Below the pieces are notes generated by a model. That model saw nothing but the letters and a program-made list of their open reading frames with translations, did not search any database and had not been told where the DNA came from. This document shows, piece by piece, positions 24,547 through 37,400 of a DNA stretch of 64,000 nucleotides (the stretch's first letter is position 1; every line of letters starts with the position of its first letter). The position numbers were made by a program, and so were the translations under genes. Source of the DNA: Magallana gigas (taxonomy: Eukaryota); assembly GCF_963853765.1 (NCBI RefSeq), contig NC_088855.1, positions 12,090,001 through 12,154,000 on the forward strand. The letters are read 5' to 3'.

Positions 24547-27500
24547 CTAAGCTGCAAAGTTGAAGACCGCTAGCCTGAAAATTTCATGCATGATAAAAAA
24601 CGCTCCTCCCGCTTCTGGACGAAGTTGAAAAACATGAGAAAATCCTAAGGGTTTGTCTTGATCCGCCTGTAAATATAACACATATGTATTAACATTTTTT
24701 ATCTAGATAATTAAATTAAAACATGCATAAACTAATAAATACTTGTGCATGTACATGCATAAACTGTAGTATTAACTAAAATCATACTTTAGCTTATACA
24801 TCTGATTCATTAAAACAAGATAGGAGGCAATATTGAAACAGGTCTTATACTTAACGAAAGAAATAATCTAAGTCTAGATATTTGACCTTTAACCTATGAC
24901 CTTCTGAAATCATAATCAATATAGGTGCTCAACTACTTAAAGGATACATATATATATGTACCAAGTTTGATGCACAGGCAACTAACATTACAAATATTTC
25001 TTTTTATTGAGAGATTATTTCCTCTACTATAATAATAACAAGGTTTGTCACAGTCAACAGTTGCTATTTTAAATTTTTTTCACTATTAAACACCATCTAC
25101 TAACAGAGAACAAGATGAAATCCTGACATATTTTGAGATCTGAATATATGTACTGGTACTAGCCATAAAATATGGAAATGACCTACTTTTAGGTCATGAC
25201 ATACCATATATCCCCCAAGATGCATCAGATTTTGATACGTTCTTGTCAATATTAAAAATAATGCAAAATCCATGTGGGTTTTTTTCCTTTAAAGATAAAA
25301 AGCTTTCTACTGGTATCTATCATCTTAATCAGTCCACTAAATTCAAACATAAGCTAACCTGAAGTTGTCCTAAGACCATTATTAAAACTCCCCCATCCAA
25401 TGTTGGTTGGCAATCTGTTTTCGTTATCACATGCTGAACCTGTTGGAAAGGTAAATTCTGCAAGAAAAGACAGAGAAAACTGAGTACAGTGTGACCAACA
25501 TTAGCAAGGAATCAAGATTTTTATTAATTATCATATCATGTATGACATGATGAATATTATATTCTAATAAGATAACAAAAGAAGCTTTGCAGATATTCAA
25601 TCACACTAATGAAGAACATGTTATTGAAATTAATACGCTGACCATTTTTGCAGTTTTTTACACAAGGTACGCATTTAAAAAATTAAGTTTGATACAGTTT
25701 TTTATAACCTAATACCAAGTCACTGGTTTACAATTCTGAGTTATCTTATAAAATACATGTATCTAAAATTGCATAATTTATATACCCTGATTTTTTCACA
25801 AATTGCATCTTTGCCTTGCTTCTGGTCATCTTCAAATATTAATAGAGCATCAGGCTGGAAACAAAAATCGAGATCAACAGTGTTATAGAGCAGTAACCAA
25901 TAGACTAAAGAATTATGTTTTAAAGATTCAATTTTACAATACTCAAGAAAACATCAAAGGAAATATATTTCATAAGTCCCCCATTCTTACAATACATGAA
26001 GTAATCAATGCTTGAACCAAAAAAAAAATTATCAAATTATCAACTTTGAATAAAGGCACTAAACAAATCCAAAACCAAATATCAATCCAAAAGATTTATC
26101 CTCTGCTATAGTAGTTTATAACTGCATTTTCACAGTTGTGAAAGTAATCTTCAAGATCAAAACATAATTGCTAGAGCTGTTGCTGCAGAACAGTGAAAAT
26201 ATGAGTTGATACACCATTAAAGCCCATTTAGATACTGTTTCGTACAAGCAAATAACTTGCAAAAATTTTAGATTTGGGCTTGTTAACCTCATTTCTTAAC
26301 ACAATCTGTGGAAACAACTCATAACATATTATACCTCTGAATATATCGTAATAATTATATCTGCAAAAATTTTACATTTGGGCTTGTTAACCTCATTTCT
26401 TAACACAATCTGTGGAAACAACTCATAACATATTATACCTCTGAATATATCGTAATAATTATATCTGTTTACTATAATCTCAGCCTTTCTCATTAACACT
26501 CTCATCATTCTTAAATAATAATAATTATAGTACCCAGTTTATTCAATGTTTAATTTTCCACAGGAATATAAAGTCACTGTTATCTAGATTAATTGTAAGT
26601 AAACATGAGATGTCAAGGTGAAAAGGCAGAATAATTTTCATAGAAAGAACCAGTAGATAAATTCAAAACTATGTTTGGGAGACTTAAAAATGTCTGTAGC
26701 AATTGATTTTATGAAACAATCTATCAGTAGCATAGATTTAATTATATTATTATTTTTCCTAAATTCATTTTACAATTTTACCAATTCTATCCAATAAGAG
26801 CCCTCTCCTTTTCGTGTAAGTGGGTGTATGTGTGGGTAAAGGGGGGAGGGGGGGGGGGGGGGGAATCTGAGGGCTACAATATGCAGTTTTGCAAAGAGGT
26901 TTAGGTCTCTCTTGAGTCTTCTAAAGTGGAGATTTCGGCTTTTTGAAATTTAGGAAGACATTTATAATTGAGTACAATAAGGTTTAATAGTCCTCCCAAG
27001 TTTAAAGAAATAATTGACATGGGCACTGTATGCTAAAATTGTTGACCACTGTCCATCCATGTTTTAATCAGAAACTCAGCCTACCATATAGAAAGTATTT
27101 GGTCGACATATTGTGATTAACTCCATAAAATGAATTAATATGGTGATCTTCTTAATTATTATCTGACTACCAATTTTTTTGCATTCAGACAAGTCAGAAT
27201 TTGAGTTCCCTTGCCCAAAGAGCAAGTGGATTGAAAAGTTAAAGTTGAATACTTACAAACCAATACCACAATGAATTCTCTAAAGATATGACATACCAAA
27301 ACCACTTGAGTTATTGTGAATATTGTATGTTAATATGATGAAAATAATTGCGAATGCAATCTTTTTTTAAGAGAAGTTGTCATTGAAAGAAGATAATTCA
27401 AAAAAAGAAATGGAAAAGGAGTAACTTTAAAATCATTATTGATTACAAAACTAAATATCATCTGGTACGAAATATTTCCACGTTATATATAAAACTACAT

Positions 27501-27686
27501 AAAAACCATCCGTATAGCCCAAAGAAGTATAGGTTCCACAAATATAAATCCTTTACAGAAGTGCGTGCTCACATGATAAAACTGTGAAATTTTGGCTCCC
27601 CTTTCATCTCCGTTAGCACAACTGTCAAAAGCCTGATAGTAGGCTGTAACAAAAGCTGTTCCTATGTTTTGAAAATTTGGGTTCAT
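24547..27686 (-). CDS. NUTF2: Nuclear transport factor 2, 133 aa
   Basis: Exons 27686-27573, 25854-25786, 25457-25359, 24666-24547 (402 nt, all phase 0). MNPNFQNIGTAFVTAYYQAFD...LIFEDDQKQGKDAICEKIRNLPFQQVQHVITKTDCQPTLDGGVLIMVLGQLQADQDKPLGFSHVFQLR...HEIFRLAVFNFAA* is a typical NTF2. Three of the four exons are absent from the ORF track. Confidence 0.93.
26258..26467. repeat. 104-bp tandem duplication in NUTF2 intron 1
   Basis: Near-identical copies starting TGCAAAAATTTTA at 26258 and 26362. Confidence 0.9.
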
Positions 27687-27750
27687 GCTGTATATTGTGC
27701 CTAAAGCACCTTTTCCAGAGGACTCTTGGAGAAATTTTGGATAATATCCT

Positions 27751-27775
27751 AGATGGCGCGTTCTAGTCCGGAAGT
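27751..27775 (-). promoter_or_regulatory. NUTF2 core promoter: ETS motif (ACTTCCGG) followed by YY1-like CGCCATCT
   Basis: CCGGAAGT at 27768-27775 and AGATGGCG at 27751-27758, 65-90 nt upstream of the ATG, an arrangement typical of housekeeping promoters. Confidence 0.5.
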
Positions 27776-28284
27776 GCAGTTACTTGTTAAGTTGTACAAT
27801 AAACAATTCATAGTAAAAGATAATGCGACTTTTTTTTTTTTAGGCTGAATGCAATTCTTTGTTATTTTGGGGCTTATTGGTTCACGTGCTGATTAATACA
27901 GTATCTATTTATGATTTTGAAAATATGGTTTTCAGGGACATATTCATCAAAAATATTAAAGAAAAAAGGTAAAGTAAAAAATTTCTTTCTACAGCCAATT
28001 AATAAGTTAACAAAAATTTTAACAAATTTGAAATTCAACATGCTTAAATTTTTCCATTTCCAATAAGCTTCATTTCTGTAATACTGATGTTGAAGATGAA
28101 CATCATTTTTTATTTGTACATGCCAGTGTATGTCCTCTTTATGTTGTGTGTCCTCTTTATTAACAACTACGAAGTGAATATCGTTCACTTTTGAATAACG
28201 CAGGTTCTTAACCCAGCAGATGTTAAATCAACACATATGAAGAAATACTTGCACCTCTGATATTCATCAAAGACTCTGAAAAGT

Positions 28285-28287
<3 letters not shown>

Positions 28288-28332
<45 letters not shown>
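28288..28332. repeat. (CT)n microsatellite
   Basis: Uninterrupted CT run. Confidence 0.9.
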
Positions 28333-28335
<3 letters not shown>

Positions 28336-31300
28336 AAAAAAAAATCAGAATTGTATGGTGAAAGTAGGGGTAGGTTCCTTTGATGTTTTATTCATATTTT
28401 TATCGGTATAATTTTTTAAATGTTCATCTATATTAAACGATATATCAAATGATAGAGTTCTACCCCCCCCCCCCCCTTAATTTCGGATTTCTTATTCTTC
28501 TTTTTTTAGTCTCCAAGATGATAAATTTTGGGGAAAGGGACTGTAGATTGGCTCCCTATCGAAATAATAAATATATATATATTTTATTTAATCGGTAGAA
28601 AGCTAGCCTCTAAAACGTGTCAGAAGTTAAGTTAAATATATCAATCAAAAAAGATGTAATAGACAGGGAACGCATTCACACCATTTCTTAAATTATTCAT
28701 GCTAAAAATAAATCTTGATTTATTTCGGAGAACGCGTTTGAAGCTTTATTTCGCTTTATATGGTTGTGGGAAAACTCTTAACATTTTGCAGAGTGGAAGC
28801 CTTGTCTAGGTAAAAAGAAAGCCTTTTTAAAAAAATAAGCAAAGAGTACTAGTCCCCCTCCCCTATTCATAAAAATTGGGGGAGCCATCCTTTTAGACCC
28901 CCTTCCTCCCCAGACCAAAAGGGATTCAACCTACATGTATAACATTTCTCTCGCTTGTCCAAATACTTTCAGACGCCCGTGTACAATTTCACAAATGATA
29001 TATACACACTTTAAAGACTGAAATATTTTGTAAAAATGTAGAAATATACGTAATATGATTTTTTTTTTCTCTCTTTGAATATCAACATTATTTGAATATG
29101 AAGGTTGTGTGTATTAATTTTTGTAAGAACATTAAAGTATGCCATAATAGATTTGTTTGACAAATGTACATAATCACTTTTCTTCATCGATTTAATTTTA
29201 GTTTAAACAATATCGTCAATAATTATCATATATGAATATACTTCTAAATCAAACATATCATTGATAAATAAAAAAAATTATGAGTTGATAAGAGGTTCAT
29301 ATCTAAAAAAAATTCTATATATAATTTCTTGGTGGAGATGTTGGAATATGTTGGCGCATGGACTATACATCAACCGCCAACTCTATATATGCATTTATTG
29401 ATGCAGATTGTGGAATTTTTCTTCTCTTCTTTTTTTTTACAAGGGAAACTCAACAAAGAAAACATCTCTTGGGTGAAACAGATCAAATTTAAAGAATCAA
29501 CGTTTCAAAAATGTAAAATCAACCTCAAGATTTGGTGGCGGAAGGGGTAAGAGTTTGTTTGTGCCTTTTCCCACTTTTTTTAATGTGAGCTTTTCGTTAA
29601 TTTTTTGCTCGATCGTCATCAAATTCCATGCATGCTAGTGAAGTTGTCTCAATTAGTAGGTTTAGGTCAGACTATGCAAACAATTTCAATTAGTGTAAGA
29701 ATGTTTTACTAGGGTTAAGACGAGTTCAAATAGTTGGTACCTTTTTAAGAATAAGCATATACATATACATGTGTAAATTTGGTCGTACAATTGTAAGTCG
29801 CAAGTTCTTTTGTAAAACGCTATCAAGAAATATTAAATATATATTGCCCTGTCTTGTTTCTACCTTTGTGTACACATTACAAAACTAATTTAACTGTTTA
29901 AGTGGCAATCTAATATATTACGATTAATAATAAAAATTTGATGTATGACTGAATTTTTTACTTTTAAAGTCTATGATCATTCATACTGCTGGATCAAAAA
30001 GTGACTTAAAAAAATATTATTAATTTTTTTGCGTGCGTTTTAGACACGTGAATCCCCCCCCCCCCCCCCCCCCCCCCCAAGCGGTTACTGAGCACAAATT
30101 CATGTAGCGCCAACGCTTTATGGAAGAAAAAAGCAACACTCAAATGTTTTTTTTTCTTTCTATAATTTCTTAGAATAAGTTCTGGCATTATTTTTTAATT
30201 AGAACTAGCATTTTTTTTTAAATGTCTGCAGTGATGGTACGTTAGATTAATTTTGTTGCACATATCTTATCGTCTATCTGACTCTTTATAAAAGGGACAC
30301 AAAACACTATTTTGTTCTTTTCAAAAGAGACACACAGGTAATCTATTAAAAATCTTTCCGCTGACAATAAACAAGGATTAGGACGAGTAATGACGAAACT
30401 GATAAGGCGTATAACTATTCTCGCTGGCCAGCGCAGGTGGGAAAGTCTTTAGCGTGTACGGGAGATAACTGCGTGCGCCTAATCGGAAGTGGAAGGGATA
30501 CAGGTGCGGGACATTTGTTGTTAGTGGAGCTACGAGGAGGGATATGTTTTACATGCGTGTGTGATGTAGATTTTAAACGCCACAGGTATGTAATTATGGC
30601 TTCATAATTCACTTGAAATTGGCACCGCAGCATTTATAATTAAGTTGATCATGTAGTTGATAAATGTAAGCACTGCCGAGCAGCTTCGATTTTGGAGTTA
30701 TGTGAAACTTTTTTTTTATAGTAGTAAATATCTCTGTTGTGGCTTGATACAAAGAAAAGTTTAGGGTGTGTTTACTGTTCACACCTTAACAATGGGGTCT
30801 CTTTAATTGAAGATTGGGAATGGAGATTAATACATACCCATCACAAATCTCTGGAAAACTTCGAAGTTGACAAAGCCGATCTACTTTTTTTAAATGTTTA
30901 CAAACATTTCAGAACATGTACGTATTTTAGTGCACCAGATTAAAAAACCTCGTGTCAATGTTTATCACCCTACTAATGAATTAATCTCAACAAATACTGA
31001 CAATCTTGTCGTTTTTCAAACATGTTTATCTTTATTCCTTCAAATTTATAAAATGATTGTATCAAGTTTATAAATTCATTTTTATTGAAATGTATGATAC
31101 TGAATTAAAAAAAAAAACATTGATAACTAAATGTCCTCAAAATAGTTAAATAACTATATTTTTAATCATTAAATGAATAAAAATCAGCATGAAGACCTTT
31201 TATTTCAAAATTTGAATATTTTAAGTGATTTTTAAAAAAAATTATACATACACATTAATATTTTTTTTTTAAGAATACATAAGTATGATTATTATTTTTC

Positions 31301-31491
31301 AGACACAGCAAACAAAAAATTCATAAGCGTTCATATCATTTTAACACCATCAGCATAATTATGAATTAAATTTGACAATCCATGTATATAATTATGACAA
31401 AGTCTAGACTGTAGCATCTTTCAAAGTGCGAATATTTCTACTTGTTTTCGCATAATAACATCTTGTGTATTTTAATATTTCAGATCCCACG

Positions 31492-34400
31492 ATGAGGAAT
31501 AAAATATTCTTGGCCTGTGCAATAGTGCTTGTGGTGTGTGTTTCGTGGGCCGTGTGTTGTGATGAAGGCGTATGTGTTAGTATCGTCAGCAAATGTCTTT
31601 TAATCAAATCATGTGACTGTGATATGACCAGTCTAAAGAACTGTACGTGTTGTAAAGACTGTCAACTGTGCTTGTCCAAGTTATACACGGAATGCTGTTC
31701 CTGTGTCGGTTGGTATTTTCACTTTTTCTTTATGCTGCTTCATAGTGCGCATATTCTTTTATTCTGTTTATTGAATCATTAAATGATTAACCCTTTCTTA
31801 TTTAATATCAAATCGATTGTTTCTTGGTACATGTAAATCATTACACATGAACTAATTTTCCCTCAGATACACCATTAGATTTAACTGTACATAGTAAAAG
31901 ATTTTACCAATTTTGATGAATATTAAAAGCCACATAGCTTGAAGAAAATCATAATTATAATGGTGATATGGTTAGTGTAGTAAAAACGAAAAGAATCTTT
32001 GTCATTATGTTGTGAATGGTTATAGATGAGATCTTTTGACATCTTGCACATGTGAGCATTCCAGGGGAGGAAACTGGCATGCTCTCTGCCTTTGATCCCC
32101 CACGTTACATAACTAGCAGCACGGAGCAAGCATTGTTAGCCAGGACTTACCAGTACAGACACACCAAACCTTGTCAATAAATACATGTTCTAGGATTAAA
32201 AAAAACACACACCCAAATTTACAAAGGATTAGCATGCAGTAAAATTTTTGAGGTGGGATAGAGTGTTGTGGGATTTTGGGGAGTGTGTGTTTTGTTGGAG
32301 GAAATCAACATTATTGTGAGATTTTGGGAGTGGATGCTTTCTGGGAGGAAATCAACCTTGAAAATAATTTATTTCTCTAACATTTTCTGCAAAACTCTTT
32401 AAGTTGTAAGAGAATCTTAAAATCTCTGACAGAGGTCTTAAACTGGGTGTCAGATTCTATGCAGAGCACAAGCCCCAGCAGTTATAGTTATACATATACC
32501 AGTTAATTTAGTTATTTACTGGCTAGGATGTTCATACAACCAAGTACTACGGGGGTAATCATTTACTGTATAAAATGCATGTTACACAGATATCAATTAT
32601 GTCAAGTATTTGTATATACATTTGTGTCAAAACAAATTCTCTAAGACCTACGATATTGTTCATCTAACAGGAATTGAATTTTTGTTGAAAATAATAGGTT
32701 TGTGTCCAAAGCCAGATCCAGATGACGATTTACAAGATGGCAGCACGATAGAGGACTTACACGACCCTATTCCAGAACTCTTTAATGTGTTAACAGAACA
32801 AGAGGATATAGAAAAGAGATGGACAACATTCATATTGCCTGTGCACTTTGATGTCCTCGCACACAAATCTAATCATGGAATTCTTGATCTCTCCAAAGGT
32901 AAGGTGTGTCACATAATGGCCATCCATCAGTGTTGAAGATAACAGCTGATTTATAAACAAGGCTCAAGATTCTTGGTCCATATATCTCGTTGGAAGATTT
33001 CGCAAATACCCAGGTATCCGTGAAATGGCTATATGTAGAAGTTCAAGGAGATGGTTGTAAATTTTTCACGAGAGATTTTGCGTTATCGGGGAATCAGTAC
33101 GTTATCGGGATGAGGGGATTGCTTTTTAAATAGACGGTAGTTAGATAAAGTTGAATATGGTAAGGGGATATTGTACCATGTTGACATCTGTACTGTGCAG
33201 TCTTTAGAAATACCGGTAGACATTCCTTTGTAGCAAATATGAAAACACATTCATACATTAATCTTGAATGACAGCTTATTAATTGGATCAAGAATACATT
33301 AACTATTTATATTGCTGTGATGAGATTACTTGTTAATAAATGATTTAGTGTTCTTAGATGTTTTAGTGAAATTGTAGTGGAGTTGGGTGTCACTTACACA
33401 TTAATTAAAAAAAAATCTGTAGTTGCTTATCCATGTCAATTGTTTTACATTACAAGAAATCAAGTAATCAAAAATGTTTTCACAAAGCTATCAGTTTTTC
33501 ATTAATTTCAAATCCTGTGGCTATAAATTAGTAAGAAGACTCTCTCCTTTTGAAAAACCACACACGCTCAATTCAGCAGTGCATAAACTTTAAAAAGCAA
33601 TATTAGATTCATGAAAATCGTTAGAGCAGCATTTAAATACAGGTTCAAGCTTTTAGATGTGAAAAATTTAATTTGTGTAAAGAAATTGATTTTTGGCAAG
33701 TTTTACAAAAATCATTATCTATGCATCACATGACCACTCAGTCAGTTTATGTATGGACAATATGACTCATTTTTCAGAAATTGAGAAACTTAAGGAACTT
33801 TTTATGTTATACAATTTGTATGATGGATGGGTCATTTTAGTCAGAAGAGCGACATCAGCCTATAGCAGAATCTTGAATATTTGATTTTTCCTTAAGTCTG
33901 TTTGGTTCTTGTAACTGACTTGAATTTTAAAGGTTTCCTCTTGAAACACCTATAGACCGAAAATAAAATGCAATGCAAGATTGAATATGAAACCGCACTT
34001 TCTATATACATTATATTTTTCTATTTCATTACATATCATATGAAAGGTAATAAATCATTGATATTTAATTAAAAAAGAAATCTCCTCTTTAAATACATTT
34101 AGATCATGTTACCACATTTTCTCGCATAAACTCGCATAAAGTAAAAGGTTACTAATTTAGCTGTGTGTTGTCAAATAACTCCCACTTACCGTAACATGCT
34201 TTAAGAGTACAAATCTATTGCTGTTGAATGACTTTTCATTAATATAATTCCATGATTCAATTGTCAAGGAAAGATACTATATCAAACAAATTATTTAAAA
34301 TCTTACAATTGTATAACCACATGTCATTTATATCAAAATAACTGATATCTCGAGATGGCAGGACATCCAATGTCGACTGGTGCAGTTCTTTTGTTGGATT

Positions 34401-37400
34401 CAGAGATATTGTCCTATTGGCGACATTCTGGAAGTACCAGTGTCGCCAGTTGTGTTATGTTAGATATAAACTCTTTAGACTGTATTTATCACTGTGTGGA
34501 ATTTTCTAATATTGGACAGTCATTGTTGCTTCTCCCAGACATATCTCTTTTGAAGCCAAAAATTAAGGAATGGGTTGAGCGTTACTTCTTCACCACAGGC
34601 AAAGTGAGAATTTTTTTTTTGTGGGTAAGAAGTGATATAGCTTATAGATTGGAAATTTAATGTCTTATTGAGGTCTACGTAGATTGAAAATTTATTTACG
34701 AACAACCATTGTGATGTGTGATTTTGCAGATTTGAGCTATTTTGATTTGTTCATTTATGATTATAAGTTCAAAGACAACTGTAGAGAATAAAGTCGTGAA
34801 ATATTTCATGGACTATTAGAAAAACAGGCAATTAAATGTTCCTGTGAGGCCTCCTATAATTATACTTTTTATAGAAGCAAACTATAATACATAAAATGAA
34901 TTGCCCACAATTGGTGTACTTTTAAATCAACTATTATAATGGTTGTTTTTCTATATATCAGAATTTTTTTACGTTCTTGTCAAAAAAGAGTGACTGTGGG
35001 AAAAAATATGGCCAAAAAATAAAGGGGTCCAACTTTTCATGAAATGCATTCGACAGCTCTGAGTGACAAAAAGACAAAGGAGGTTTTGACATACAGAAGC
35101 AGAGCACAATGTGCTGTATACTGTTTGAGTAACTCCTTATCTTTTTACGTATTACAAGGCCTTGTGTCGTGATCTGCACAATTTCGAACAATCAGCAGTG
35201 TTGTGCAGCATGTCAAACATTGAAAACGATATCTTAAGAGAACCAAATTAAGCGGACATTCTAGATGAGTTTAAAGCTTTCAGTGGCATGCCAAATTACT
35301 TGAAGGTCAGCACAGTTTTTAATGTGTTTCCACCCGCTAATTTATCAAGCCTTTGTTGGTTTCCGGCTCTTGTCCCAGAATTTTGGAAGTTTTCTCCGTT
35401 GTTTTAAAATTTATTTTCGTACCTGACACCAATGAAACGAATGTGTCTGCATAGAAAAGAAACATAAGCACAGTTTATCAAACATGGATAGACAAAATGA
35501 ATGGTTTTTACTGTTCTGTTTGCCTTTCAAAAGACATAACTAAATCAAGGATAAGTAAGCTAGACCACAAATATTTTACTAAAAAAGAGAAATTCATAAA
35601 TTTTGGAACAAATGAGTCAGAATAACTGAAAATTTGTTGTAGGGCATTTTTTCTGATGTGTGATTCAGCTGAAACAAATCTTATTGCTATTTTATTGAAA
35701 CAAGATGTACCTGTCATCAGATAACCACATTAACTTAATAACAAGGTAAAACGTATTGTTGCGGTCTATATTCCTTGATCCAGGGTTAAGGATGACACTT
35801 CCGTTACGATTTTTGAGAACATTTGCTTCATGCTCTGTGGCCGTCTTTTTCTATTCTCCAGGTACTGACAAGTAACCTATCAGTTTTACAGTGATTGTCA
35901 CAACCCATATTACACATGCATGTTACATAGCCATAAACCTTCACATTGTGAGAATTTTGATGGAGTAATTTTTATGGTATGCATATTTTGTATGCTTCTT
36001 TTAAAGATTATAGGGAGCAAATTTGTTGATATTCTCTGCAACATTGATCAATAATTAGTATAAGTTACCATAGAAGTTATTTGGAGTTTTATAAAATTGA
36101 GAAAGAGGGTGGAATTACAGTAATTTTTGAATACCGCGCGGCGCGACGCAGTATTAAGATAAGTATAGACTCCCATATCAGGTCAGAGCTCTCTAAATAT
36201 TGTGTATTGCATGGTCAAAGACCAAGTGCCTCTTTTAACAATCTAATTGTTTCATCTCTAAAGATATACAATTGCAGCTTTTGATAGTAATCAAGATATT
36301 GCAATGCAACCAACCAAACAGCTAGGGTGAGGGTGTGTACTGGTAATCTGTTGTTTATTGCTCTGTTTAAATTGTGGTGTTGAATTGTCCTTACTTGTTA
36401 CATGTCACATAGGACAAAAGCATGAATTTTCTTACTGAATGAAAATAGCATGGAAGGAAAATTTCTCACCAATGATTAAGTTAACTTGCAGCTATTATAC
36501 ATGATTGTACTGTTCATCTGTTTATGCAGCTATTTTAAAAAAGTATTATTCTTGGTTGAGCTTTCACAAAAGCTGACAATCTCTTTGATCAACGATTAAT
36601 TTCAAAGGGATACGCATATACTTTCAGTTCCCTTTGACTAAAATTTTTACTGCAATTAAAAGCATTGGAATATGAGCTTTACATAATTACATGATTGAAT
36701 CATTCAGATTATTCATTATCCATGAGGACCACACATATAGATTTTGATCCACATGACCATTTTCATGTTGAATTCAAAGTAAAAAGCCATGATATCCTAC
36801 TGCCTTTTTTGACTTCAATTATTTTTGTACATCAAGATTTTCCAATTAGCTTTGAATGAGCTATGATATTAAATATGTGGGCTATGCAGACCACCAGCGG
36901 GAAAAGGCTACTTGAGGTACCGCGATATAACTTCTCCTCTTTTTCCAACAGCAAAGGTTACCTGTGGTATATTAGTGCTCTTCTTTGTCCATTAGTAAAT
37001 GAAGTCCTAGCTGTCTTATTAAGGATTGCCTGATGAATCACATGCTGCTAATTTGATCCAGGATAAACACTTGATTTAGGCTTCGGTCTGGTGGGTCCTA
37101 GATATATATCATGTTTTTGTGGTATCCTTTTGTGGCAGAGACATGGTTTGTTATTTTTTCATTAGGTTTAGTTGTCAGTTTTATTTGTTCCTCCTGATTT
37201 CTTGAGCTGAGTGACTTGTCATTAATTCTACTTACAGTGTATGGTTCAAATAATTCCGATTCTTCTAGGTCTGTGTACGTCTGCTCTATTTGAACCATTG
37301 TAAATACATGCATGTATAAATTTCCTTTATTGGTGTAGTAACTTAGATATAACTCTCATACTGCATGTTATAATGAAATGATTATAATAGATCTTTTGGG

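Noticed and set aside
34355-34660. 101-aa ORF in TWSG1 intron 2 as a nested gene
   Set aside because: No recognisable domain or exon chain; it lies near other decayed repeat fragments.
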